Part shown: positions 25,162 to 33,770 of the stretch, piece by piece
Position numbering within the stretch: the first letter of the stretch is position 1
Layout: each line of letters begins with the position of its first letter
Assembly: GCA_030652805.1 (NCBI GenBank)
Contig: JAUSPT010000100.1
Span: 8,378-72,377, forward strand
Origin: a bacterium
GTDB taxonomy: Bacteria > JAHJDO01
Length of the DNA stretch: 64,000 nucleotides
Direction of reading: 5' to 3'
Program-made: the position numbers and the translations under genes
The notes under the pieces: model-generated
What the model saw: only the letters and a program-made list of their open reading frames with translations
Databases searched by the model: none
What the model was told of the DNA's origin: nothing

Positions 25162-26481
25162 CCCATTGCTGGGCAGGCGGTTTATAATATCTTTCAGGGT
25201 TAACTTATCAAGGATCTCTGTTTCAGCTTTCCTTGCATCAGAAAGAATATCTTTTAGATATTTTGTGGTGTTATCCTCTGTAATTTTAGGTATGTTTTCT
25301 CCATATCCTCTAAATACATCCAAAACTTTTCCGGCAGTAATTGCTTCTATAGAGAATGAGGGTTGATATGAAGACTCTCTGCCGCTAACCTCGTTAATCA
25401 ACCCGCCTTCCGCAAGCTGGAAAAGGATCTGATTTACAAGTCTTATTGATACATCAAGCTTTTTGGAGAGTTGAGCAGCTGTTAGTGGCTGTTTCGCTTT
25501 ATAAAAGTTACTGGCTATACTTATCATAATTCTTAGTCCAAGAAGTTCTTTGCATTTTGGACTTATAGATAATGATTTTCCTTCTCTTGTGTATGTTCTC
25601 ACATTTTGATGCGCAAAGGATATTTCTGCACCAAATAGGACTATTAGCCAGCTAATGTAAAGCCAGATAAGAAAAACCGGAATAGAAGCAAATGTCCCAT
25701 AGATTGCACTATACCTTGAAACACCTATCTGAAAGTGAATGTGTCCCCATTGAGCAAACTGCCACAAAGTTCCTCCAATAATCCCTGCTGTTAAGGCAGA
25801 CGAGAATTTCACTTTTGTATTAGGCATAAACATGTAGATAAAAGTGAACACAAGCCACATAGATAAATATGGAGTCATTCTTAACAGTTGATGCATGAGA
25901 ACTCCGATGAATTCCATACCAAGTATTTTGTTGACCAGACTACTATTTGATAGAAAGGCATTTACGCCTGTTGTACAAAGCGCGAGAATCGGACAGATTA
26001 AAATTACGCTCAGATAGTCAGTAAATTTTCTGAATATATTTCTGGATTTTTTAATTCCCCAGATATCGTTAAAGGATCTCTCAATGGTCCCCAACACAAT
26101 AATTAATGTCCATATTAAAAAGACGAGTCCTACTATACCCAGAGTTTTTAGACTAGTTTTACTGGCAAGATCAATAATTTTCGTTACAATCTCTTGTGTT
26201 ACTGCAGCCTTCTCAAGCACTATGCTTTTCACTGCATCAAATGCGCCAAAGGCTTTTGATATAGAAAAGATGAAGGCTAAAAAAGGGATTATAGTCAGAA
26301 GCGTTACATAAGTTAGTCCAAAAGCCCTGAGCTGACATTTATCTGTAATAAATCCTCTTGCAACCATATATCCCATTTTTAGAATATTATATGCCCATTT
26401 TTTAAGATAGGACAGGCCTGAGAGCTCCCTCTCCCACAGATCCTTTAAAATAAAGTTTGTTATTCTTTTTATTATGCTCAT
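25150..26481 (-). CDS. YihY/BrkB-family membrane protein with C-terminal winged-helix extension
   Basis: Polytopic membrane core with a typical YihY layout. The C-terminal ~120 aa are soluble and contain LTAAQLSKKLDVSIRLVNQILFQLAEGGLI. Confidence 0.7.
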   Translation of the reverse strand: MSIIKRITNFILKDLWERELSGLSYLKKWAYNILKMGYMVARGFITDKCQLRAFGLTYVTLLTIIPFLAFIFSISKAFGAFDAVKSIVLEKAAVTQEIVTKIIDLASKTSLKTLGIVGLVFLIWTLIIVLGTIERSFNDIWGIKKSRNIFRKFTDYLSVILICPILALCTTGVNAFLSNSSLVNKILGMEFIGVLMHQLLRMTPYLSMWLVFTFIYMFMPNTKVKFSSALTAGIIGGTLWQFAQWGHIHFQIGVSRYSAIYGTFASIPVFLIWLYISWLIVLFGAEISFAHQNVRTYTREGKSLSISPKCKELLGLRIMISIASNFYKAKQPLTAAQLSKKLDVSIRLVNQILFQLAEGGLINEVSGRESSYQPSFSIEAITAGKVLDVFRGYGENIPKITEDNTTKYLKDILSDARKAETEILDKLTLKDIINRLPSNGLGI

Positions 26482-26566
26482 AGCTCTACCATCTACTTAT
26501 TAATATATGTTATTATAACAAGTTATGCAATAATTTGTTATAATATAGTGGCTTTTTTAAAATTGA

Positions 26567-27247
26567 ATGGGAGAAGCAAAGATGAATCCTCTTTATCCTA
26601 TGAAGAAGGAAAAGGAATTAGTCGCAAGGATTAAACTTGGTGATAACACTGGAGCAAAAACCATTCTTAATAAACTAGTTGGAGAGATACTTTTTGCAAA
26701 TTCAGGGAAAGGAGATGTGCGTAAAGCACGGATTCTGGAGCTTATTGTTGTAATTTCAAGAGCCGCAGTTGAAGCTGGAGCTAATATGGAGAAGTTATTG
26801 GGGCTTAATTATACGTATATAGGTGAATTATCTGAAATAAATGAAGAAGAAGCATTGTATAAATGGATGATAAAGGTGTTCTCTTCTTTTATGGAGGAAG
26901 TGTCCAGATCAAGCAATAAAAAGAATATGGCGATTGTAGAGCGCGCAATGAAATGCATGAGAACTAATTACAATAAGAATCTGACATTAAGCAAGATAGC
27001 AAAGGCAGCGTGTGTTAATACGTATTATCTGAGCCATCTTTTCAAGAAAGAGCTAGGTATGACTGTTGTTGACTATCTTACTAAGGTTAGGATTGAAGAG
27101 GCAAAGAGCCTTTTGCAGAATGATAAAATGAGTATTATTGAAATTGCCTTAGAAGTTGGATATGAAGACCAGAGTTATTTTAGTAAGGTATTTAAGAAGA
27201 ATGAGCATACAACCCCAATGGTCTATCGTAAGAGAAATCTGATATAA
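26567..27247 (+). CDS. AraC-family transcriptional regulator
   Basis: C-terminal double HTH: LSKIAKAACVNTYYLSHLFKKELG ... IIEIALEVGYEDQSYFSKVFKK. Confidence 0.75.
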   Translation: MGEAKMNPLYPMKKEKELVARIKLGDNTGAKTILNKLVGEILFANSGKGDVRKARILELIVVISRAAVEAGANMEKLLGLNYTYIGELSEINEEEALYKWMIKVFSSFMEEVSRSSNKKNMAIVERAMKCMRTNYNKNLTLSKIAKAACVNTYYLSHLFKKELGMTVVDYLTKVRIEEAKSLLQNDKMSIIEIALEVGYEDQSYFSKVFKKNEHTTPMVYRKRNLI

Positions 27248-27349
27248 AAAACAATATATTCCCAAAAAAGACAATATATGTCGAGACTTAATTAGTGTTA
27301 TGTGTATAATTTTAAAATACAATAAAAACTTTTGAAAGGAGAACTGGTT

Positions 27350-27982
27350 ATGGCGGATTTACAGGCAATAGCAGACAGCTTAATTAAAGGACAGGCGCAA
27401 GCGGTTTCAGATTTGGTTAAAAAGGCTGTGGATGAAGGTGTTGGTCCTGAAGAAATTCTAACTAAAGGTCTCATTGCAGGTATGAATATAATAGGAGCAA
27501 GATTTAAGAAGAACGAGGTCTATGTTCCTGAGGTTCTTATAGCTGCCAGAGCAATGCATGCAGGGATGAGTATTTTGGAACCACTGCTTGCAGAAGCTGG
27601 AGTAAAGCCTCTTGGTAGGATAGCAGTAGGAACTGTTAAAGGCGACCTTCACGATATTGGCAAGAATCTGGTAGCTATGATGCTTAAAGGAGCAGGGTTC
27701 AATGTGGAAGACCTTGGTGTTGATTGCGATGCTCAAAAATTTATTGATTCTGCAAAGGGTGGAGCACAGATAATAGCTATGTCAGCGCTACTAACAACAA
27801 CAATGCCTTCAATGAAGACTGTGATAGATACTCTGAAATCCGCAGGAGTTAATGTTAAAACAATGATTGGAGGAGCGCCTATTACACAGGGATATGCTGA
27901 TGAGATTAAGGCAGACGGCTACGCTCCGGACGCTGCCTCAGCAGTTGATACAGCAAAAGAGCTTATAGCAGCGATTAGCTAG
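27350..27982 (+). CDS. corrinoid (B12-binding) protein of the MtaC/MtbC/MetH-cap type
   Basis: B12-binding DxHxxG motif in GDLHDIGKNLV, then SALLTTT and GGAP. The ATG at 27350 is preceded by AAAGGAG. Confidence 0.8.
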   Translation: MADLQAIADSLIKGQAQAVSDLVKKAVDEGVGPEEILTKGLIAGMNIIGARFKKNEVYVPEVLIAARAMHAGMSILEPLLAEAGVKPLGRIAVGTVKGDLHDIGKNLVAMMLKGAGFNVEDLGVDCDAQKFIDSAKGGAQIIAMSALLTTTMPSMKTVIDTLKSAGVNVKTMIGGAPITQGYADEIKADGYAPDAASAVDTAKELIAAIS

Positions 27983-28199
27983 AAGGTATTTCAACAACCT
28001 TTTCTCTTGATTTTGTACCTCTGATTATTCTGATATTGTTTTTCTTTATCTTGAAATATTCTGCCAGAACTTTAATCAGAGCTTTATTTGCCTTGCCGTC
28101 TACAGCCGGAGCGCTTATGTGCACCTTAAGCTTTCCCTGCTGTTCAGAAACATTATTTTTTTTAGCATTTGGAATTACTCTTATATTTATCAGTTTCAT
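27975..28199 (-). CDS. DUF167 (YggU) family protein
   Basis: 74 aa. IRVIPNAKKN...ISAPAVDGKANKALIKVLAEYF...IIRGTKSREKVVEI. Confidence 0.75.
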   Translation of the reverse strand: MKLINIRVIPNAKKNNVSEQQGKLKVHISAPAVDGKANKALIKVLAEYFKIKKNNIRIIRGTKSREKVVEIPSS

Positions 28200-28249
28200 T
28201 TTGTCTCCAACTCATCCCCTAGTTAATTTAATAAAAACTACTTGCAGTA

Positions 28250-28288
28250 TAGCAAAATTGGGTTATCATGCAACAAATGAATAAGAAA
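28250..28288 (+). promoter_or_regulatory. 39-nt shared 5' module, copy 1 (includes ATG AAT AAG AAA of typA)
   Basis: TAGCAAAATTGGGTTATCATGCAACAAATGAATAAGAAA is 35/39 identical, without indels, to 31503-31541. Confidence 0.6.
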
Positions 28289-30112
28289 ATGGAAATTCGA
28301 AATATTGCTATTATCGCCCATGTTGATCATGGAAAAACAACTTTGGTGGATTTTTTACTGAAGGCAGGAGGGGCATTCAGCTCTCATGAAACAGTTGATG
28401 AGCGCGTGATGGACAGTAATGATCAGGAAAAGGAGCGTGGGATTACGATTTATGCCAAAAATGCAGCAATCCATTATAAGGGGACGAAGATTAACATTGT
28501 AGACACACCAGGTCATGCTGATTTTGGTTCAGAGGTAGAACGTGTTTTGCAAACAGTGGATGCGACCGTTCTTTTGGTGGATGCCTGTGAGGGCCCTATG
28601 CCACAGACTAAGTTTGTTCTTTCTAAGTCATTAGATCTTGGTTTGCCTGTTCTTGTTGTGATCAATAAAATCGATAGGCCCGCTGCAAGGCCGGACAAGG
28701 TGGTTGATTTAACCTTTGATTTATTTGGCAGACTTGGGGCGTCTGATGAACAAATGGATTTTCCTTATATGTATACAATTGCCCGTAAGGGAATTGCTAT
28801 TCGAAATTTAAAGGACGAACATAAAGATATTACTCCTCTTCTGGATTTTATTCTGGAGAATGTTCCGGCTGCGAAAGCAGATACCGAAAAAGATTTTAGA
28901 ATGCAGCCAGCCACCTTGGCTTACGATAACTTTTTAGGCAGAATAGCGGTTGGCCGTGTTTATGAGGGTAAGGTTACCTCAGGTCAAATGGTGACTGTAC
29001 TGAATTCTGACGGCGAAAGTCGTTCAGCACGATTAACAAAGATTTTTACATTTCAGGGGCTGAAGAAAGTTGAGGTTTCAGAGGTAGAAGCGGGGGACAT
29101 TGTTGCAATAGCAGGTATTTCTGATATTTATGTAGGGGAAACTATTACAGATAACCCCGATGTTGAGCCGCTTCCTGCTATTCGGGTTGATCCGCCTGCG
29201 CTTGCAATGGATTTCATGGTTAATACTTCTCCTTTTGCAGGGCGAGAGGGGAAGATATTAACAAGCCGCAATATTCGGGAGCGTCTTTTAAAAGAGCTGG
29301 AGACCAATGTTGGATTGTCTGTTGAAATGACTAATAATACGGATACGTTCAAGGTTTATGGTCGTGGAGAAATGCACCTTTCGGTTTTAATTGAAAGTAT
29401 GCGTCGGGAAGGTTTTGAGCTTCAGGTTTCTCAACCGCAGGTGGTGTTACAGGAAATTGATGGCGTTTCTTCTGAGCCGATTGAGTCGGTAATAGTGAAT
29501 GTACCAAAAAATATGGCTGGAAAAATCATTGAGATATTGTCCTCTCGAAAAGGGATAATGAAAAACATGTCGAATGAAACTGGCAACACGATTATGGAAT
29601 TTGAAATTCCGACACGAGGACTGCTCGGCTTCCGTTCAACCTTTGTTACTTTAACCAGAGGAGAGGGGACTTTATATCACGCTTTTAGTCATTTTGCTCC
29701 TCATTGCGGAAAGATTGAAAAGCGTAAAGTTGGATCAATGGTTTCGGGAGCGACCGGGACAGCAACTGCTTATGCATTATGGAACCTTCAGGAGCGAGGC
29801 CCTATCTTTATTCATCCGGTAACGGAGGTGTACGAAGGTATGATTATTGGAGAGCATAATCAGGGGACTGATTTAGCGGTCAATCCTGTTAAGGGTAAGA
29901 GCCTTACAAATGTTCGCGCTTCTGGTGCTGATGATGCAATTAACCTGACTCCACCGGTGGAGGTTGAGCTTGAAAAGGCGCTTGAATACATTCAGGATGA
30001 TGAATATGTGGAGGTAACTCCTAAGAACATTCGCCTGCGTAAGAAGTATTTAACAGAGAACGACAGACGCCGCCACAAAAGAGCATCTGCATCTCGAAAG
30101 AAAGTTAAGTAA
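28277..30112 (+). CDS. typA: translational GTPase TypA/BipA
   Basis: AHVDHGKTT, DTPGHADF and NKID motifs. The start is placed at the MNKK ATG inside the shared module; in-frame ATGs at 28268 and 28289 are alternatives. Confidence 0.9.
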   Translation: MNKKMEIRNIAIIAHVDHGKTTLVDFLLKAGGAFSSHETVDERVMDSNDQEKERGITIYAKNAAIHYKGTKINIVDTPGHADFGSEVERVLQTVDATVLLVDACEGPMPQTKFVLSKSLDLGLPVLVVINKIDRPAARPDKVVDLTFDLFGRLGASDEQMDFPYMYTIARKGIAIRNLKDEHKDITPLLDFILENVPAAKADTEKDFRMQPATLAYDNFLGRIAVGRVYEGKVTSGQMVTVLNSDGESRSARLTKIFTFQGLKKVEVSEVEAGDIVAIAGISDIYVGETITDNPDVEPLPAIRVDPPALAMDFMVNTSPFAGREGKILTSRNIRERLLKELETNVGLSVEMTNNTDTFKVYGRGEMHLSVLIESMRREGFELQVSQPQVVLQEIDGVSSEPIESVIVNVPKNMAGKIIEILSSRKGIMKNMSNETGNTIMEFEIPTRGLLGFRSTFVTLTRGEGTLYHAFSHFAPHCGKIEKRKVGSMVSGATGTATAYALWNLQERGPIFIHPVTEVYEGMIIGEHNQGTDLAVNPVKGKSLTNVRASGADDAINLTPPVEVELEKALEYIQDDEYVEVTPKNIRLRKKYLTENDRRRHKRASASRKKVK

Positions 30113-30117
30113 GAATC

Positions 30118-30549
30118 TCAGGTTCCTAATCTAGTAGTATCAATCGTATATAATGTCAAGAACGTTTCTATTGCCTTTACAGTTTCTTCTTTGAGTTTTG
30201 GAGGGCTGGAAGCTATCCATACAGTAAAGTTATAAAGTTCTTGAGTATCAACCCTCAGCCACTTTCCTTCTTTGTCGAGAAAAACCAGTAATGTCGTTAT
30301 TGCAATTCTTTTGTTTCCATTCTGGAATGGATGATTTTTAATCATGAGATAAAAAAGAATACTTGCTTTTGATATAAGCGTTGGATAAAAGGACTTCTTT
30401 GAGAAACTTTGAAATGGAGTAGCCAGGCAACTTTCTAAAGCATTAGGAAAGCGTGTGGAAAAATCAGGTATTGGTTCATTAAACGACATCATTTCTTTTG
30501 CCACTCTAAAAGCAATATATTCTACTTCTTTTACAGTAATTGTCTGCAT
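30118..30549 (-). CDS. doc: Doc (death-on-curing, Fic-fold) toxin
   Basis: Fic/Doc motif HPFQNGNKRIA, 143 aa. Overlaps the upstream small HTH gene by 1 nt. Confidence 0.8.
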   Translation of the reverse strand: MQTITVKEVEYIAFRVAKEMMSFNEPIPDFSTRFPNALESCLATPFQSFSKKSFYPTLISKASILFYLMIKNHPFQNGNKRIAITTLLVFLDKEGKWLRVDTQELYNFTVWIASSPPKLKEETVKAIETFLTLYTIDTTRLGT

Positions 30550-30806
30550 TATTCTCTACCAAGAAGTTTGAGAACTTCACCGTATTCTTTCACCGTCTTT
30601 TTTACGGCTTTATCAATCTCCGCTTTGGCTTCCGGGCCTAAGGCAGTTCCCAATATATTATCAACATATTTCCTTGATATAGCGTAATTCCTTCCAATTT
30701 TAACAGCTTTTATCTGGCCTTTTTTGACTTTTGTATAAACCGCAATACGTGTTATGCCTAAAATTTTAGCTAACTCGGGAATAGTAATATATTCACTTTG
30801 TTTCAT
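30549..30806 (-). CDS. excisionase/MerR-type HTH protein, putative antitoxin of Doc
   Basis: ITIPELAKILGITRIAVYTKVKKGQIKAVKIG helix-turn-helix, 85 aa. Its position is immediately upstream of doc. Confidence 0.65.
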   Translation of the reverse strand: MKQSEYITIPELAKILGITRIAVYTKVKKGQIKAVKIGRNYAISRKYVDNILGTALGPEAKAEIDKAVKKTVKEYGEVLKLLGRE

Positions 30807-30858
30807 AGCAACCGTCCTTTTTTATTCCTCTCTTTTTAAGAGAGGGTTAGGGTGAGTT

Positions 30859-30899
30859 AACTCATCCCCTGGCCCTTCTCTTGCAAGAGAAGGGGAAAT
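30859..30899 (-). repeat. REP-like element, copy 2 (inverted relative to 22669-22710)
   Basis: TAACTCATCCCCTGGCCCTTCTCTTGCAAGAGAAGGGGAAA. Its reverse complement matches copy 1 apart from a handful of substitutions and one indel. A further hairpin, CCTCTCT-TTTTA-AGAGAGG, lies at 30828-30846. Confidence 0.7.
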
Positions 30900-31019
30900 A
30901 TTAAACACTTGGATTTGATTAACCTATGTTAACCATGTGCAGGCAGGTTAACATAGAGGTTGTGAGAAGTCAATAGGGAAGCACATATACTGTGTTAGGG
31001 GTCGTGTTTTAGTAGTTAA

Positions 31020-31469
31020 TTATTTTTTCAATTCATCTATTAGACGTTTCGCTAGTTTTCTGCTTAATTTAGTCGTTTCCTTTAATAAATCCTCATCTAT
31101 TACATCAAGTGAAATATCTTTCCCAGTGTCTTTTATTGTAGATGGTCTTATTGTCCTATCGTCTGAATCCATATCCATAATCATAATAAAACCATGATGA
31201 GCAAGAATTCGGCGATATTTTTCGTTAAATTTGTTTAAATCGCCTTCTAAGGAAGGATGTATTAGAAATTTATTTTCTTGTATTTTTTGCCCCAATGTTT
31301 GTCCTTGGCATGATTTTTTAAAAACCTTTTGTCTCTTTTTTGAACAATCAATGAGAACTCCAAGCAAGTAATCGACTTGGTTGATCCATGCATGAGCTCT
31401 ACCGTATTCCAATAATAATAGAGGATTGTCTTCTAGCGGTATTTTTATTTTACAAGTCATTTCACGCAC
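31020..31469 (-). CDS. hypothetical protein (contains an Rx4H-like motif RRILAH)
   Basis: 149-aa ORF with no recognisable family. KYRRILAHHG is the only motif noted. Confidence 0.4.
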   Translation of the reverse strand: MREMTCKIKIPLEDNPLLLLEYGRAHAWINQVDYLLGVLIDCSKKRQKVFKKSCQGQTLGQKIQENKFLIHPSLEGDLNKFNEKYRRILAHHGFIMIMDMDSDDRTIRPSTIKDTGKDISLDVIDEDLLKETTKLSRKLAKRLIDELKK

Positions 31470-31502
31470 ACTAAAGAAAACACATATAAGCTATTTATAG
31501 TG

Positions 31503-31541
31503 TAGCAAAATTAGGTTATTATACAATAAATGAATAAGAAA
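31503..31541 (+). promoter_or_regulatory. 39-nt shared 5' module, copy 2 (includes ATG AAT AAG AAA of priA)
   Basis: TAGCAAAATTAGGTTATTATACAATAAATGAATAAGAAA. TATTAT lies 7 nt upstream of the ATG. Confidence 0.6.
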
Positions 31542-33770
31542 TTTGCAAATGTTGTATTTCCAATAGCGGTTGATAAGGAATTTCAGTATGAAATACCTGA
31601 GAGCATTGGATATAGGATTGAGGTTGGCATGCGGGTGTCTGTGCCGTTCGGCAGACGTAAGAGCATTGGGTATGTTGTAGGTATTACGGATAAGCCCGTT
31701 TATAAGAATCTAAAAGCTATAAGCAGATTGCTGGATAATTTTGCAGTGTTTGATGAAAACATGCTTGAGTTCACAAAGTGGATAAGCAGGTATTATTTTT
31801 GCAGCTGGGGAATGGTGCTTGAGACAGCTTTGCCGCCAGGTATGAAAAAAGAAGTCATCTCACGTAAAAAGCAGAGAATTGTATCTGTAGCAAAACCTCA
31901 AAAGACAATCTGTTCTGACATTGATTCCAAAAAGATAAAATCTGCTAAACAGATAAAAGTCCTGAAGATATTATTATCTGCTAAAGGGCTTTGTATGGAA
32001 TGTAAGGCGTTATGTAATATCGCAGGCGTAACAGAAGCTGTTGTGAAATCATTGAAGAAGAATGAATATGTTAGTGTAAGTCATAAGATTTTTTACAGAG
32101 ACCCGTTTGCTAGAGAGACTGTTATGAACACTCAACATCTTTCTCTGACCAGTGAGCAGGGCAGAGTTTTTAACAAGGTGATAAGTTCTATTAAAAAAGG
32201 AGGGTTCAATACCTTTTTGCTGCATGGTATTACAGGCAGTGGAAAAACAGAGATTTATCTTCAGGCAATTGATTTTTGCATAAAAAACAAAAAACAGGCA
32301 ATTGTACTTGTTCCTGAAATATCTTTGGCTTCCCAGATTATTCAAATATTCAAATCGCGCTTTGGAGACAGAGTTGCCATATTGCATAGCCGATTATCCA
32401 AAGGGGAGAGATATGATGAATGGGAGAAAATCAAAAGGGGAAAAGTAGATATTGTTGTTGGTGCAAGGTCAGCAATATTTGCACCGTTTGCCAATCCCGG
32501 ACTGATAATAGTGGATGAATCACATGAACCTGCATATAAACAAGGAGAGGCGCCCAGATATAATGGCAGGGATGTGGCTATAACGCGCGGAAAGCTCGCT
32601 AATATAACGGTTTTGCTTGGAACAGCCACTCCTTCCCTTGAGACATATTATAATATAGAAGTAGGGAAGTATGAACTTATTGAGTTGAAAGAGCGAATAG
32701 ATAAAAGAAAGCTGCCTGATGTCAGGATTGTTGATATGCAGGATCGCAATGTGAAGATTCCTGAGTCTCAGGTTTTCTCAAAGCCACTGCTACTGGCTAT
32801 CAAGGATAAACTTTCAAAGAAAGAGCAAATAATATTGTTTTTAAACAGGCGGGGTTTTTCAACATACATTATGTGCTATAAATGCGGCTATGTTGCAAGA
32901 TGTCCGGAATGTAACGTGTCGCTGGTTTATCATTCACAACAGGATAAAGTGAGATGCCATTATTGCAATTTTGAGGATAAACCTCCAAATATATGTCCTG
33001 AGTGCCAGGCCTTCTATGTGAAATACAGTGGTTATGGAACAGAGAAGGTAGAGGAAGAAATATCAAACTTATTTCCTCATGCGAAATATCAGAGAATGGA
33101 TACGGATACTACAACCCGAAAGAATTCTCATCAGGGAATATTAAGGGGATTCAAGCATCATGAATTTGATATACTTATAGGAACGCAGATGATAGCAAAA
33201 GGACTGGATTTCCCAAAAGTTACATTGGTAGGTGTTATTTCTGCCGATACAAGTCTTTTTTTCCCGGACTTCCGCTCAGGAGAAAGAACATTCCAGCTTT
33301 TAACGCAGATTGCAGGTCGTTCAGGCAGAGGGCCCGTCCCAGGCGAGGTTATTATTCAAACTTATAATCCAAATCATTTTAGTATTATTGCTTCAAGCAC
33401 CTATAATTATAATGATTTCTACAAAAAGGAAATGCTTTTCAGAAAAGGTCTTAACTACCCGCCTTTCAGACACATAGTTCTAATAACCGTCAAAGGACAT
33501 GACAGCGCAAAGGTTGTAAGAGTGTCTAATGGTTTGGTTTTCCTGCTGAAGAAAGAATTGAGCGGTCAGGATTGTAAGCTTCTTGGCCCTGCGCCAGCTC
33601 CTATGGCAAAAATAAAGAATCAGTATCGCTGGCATATTCTTATAAAGCATAAGATGCCGGGAAAAATAAACATGTTTATTGAAAGGTCTATGAAGGGACT
33701 AAAAAACAGCAAGTTGCAAATGGGCAAAACTAATATAATAGTGGATATTGATCCGATGAATACGCTATAA
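31530..33770 (+). CDS. priA: primosomal protein N' (replication restart helicase)
   Basis: Walker A GITGSGKTE, DESHE box, Cys-rich zinc module CYKCGY..CPEC..CHYC..CPEC. 746 aa. Confidence 0.9.
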   Translation: MNKKFANVVFPIAVDKEFQYEIPESIGYRIEVGMRVSVPFGRRKSIGYVVGITDKPVYKNLKAISRLLDNFAVFDENMLEFTKWISRYYFCSWGMVLETALPPGMKKEVISRKKQRIVSVAKPQKTICSDIDSKKIKSAKQIKVLKILLSAKGLCMECKALCNIAGVTEAVVKSLKKNEYVSVSHKIFYRDPFARETVMNTQHLSLTSEQGRVFNKVISSIKKGGFNTFLLHGITGSGKTEIYLQAIDFCIKNKKQAIVLVPEISLASQIIQIFKSRFGDRVAILHSRLSKGERYDEWEKIKRGKVDIVVGARSAIFAPFANPGLIIVDESHEPAYKQGEAPRYNGRDVAITRGKLANITVLLGTATPSLETYYNIEVGKYELIELKERIDKRKLPDVRIVDMQDRNVKIPESQVFSKPLLLAIKDKLSKKEQIILFLNRRGFSTYIMCYKCGYVARCPECNVSLVYHSQQDKVRCHYCNFEDKPPNICPECQAFYVKYSGYGTEKVEEEISNLFPHAKYQRMDTDTTTRKNSHQGILRGFKHHEFDILIGTQMIAKGLDFPKVTLVGVISADTSLFFPDFRSGERTFQLLTQIAGRSGRGPVPGEVIIQTYNPNHFSIIASSTYNYNDFYKKEMLFRKGLNYPPFRHIVLITVKGHDSAKVVRVSNGLVFLLKKELSGQDCKLLGPAPAPMAKIKNQYRWHILIKHKMPGKINMFIERSMKGLKNSKLQMGKTNIIVDIDPMNTL

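Noticed and set aside
33700-33770. Glycine riboswitch upstream of gcvT, and a cobalamin riboswitch upstream of the corrinoid protein (27248-27349).
   Set aside because: gcvT overlaps the priA stop, so there is no leader. The 100-nt region before 27350 is A/T-rich, with none of the conserved B12-box-like or paired elements I could recognise.
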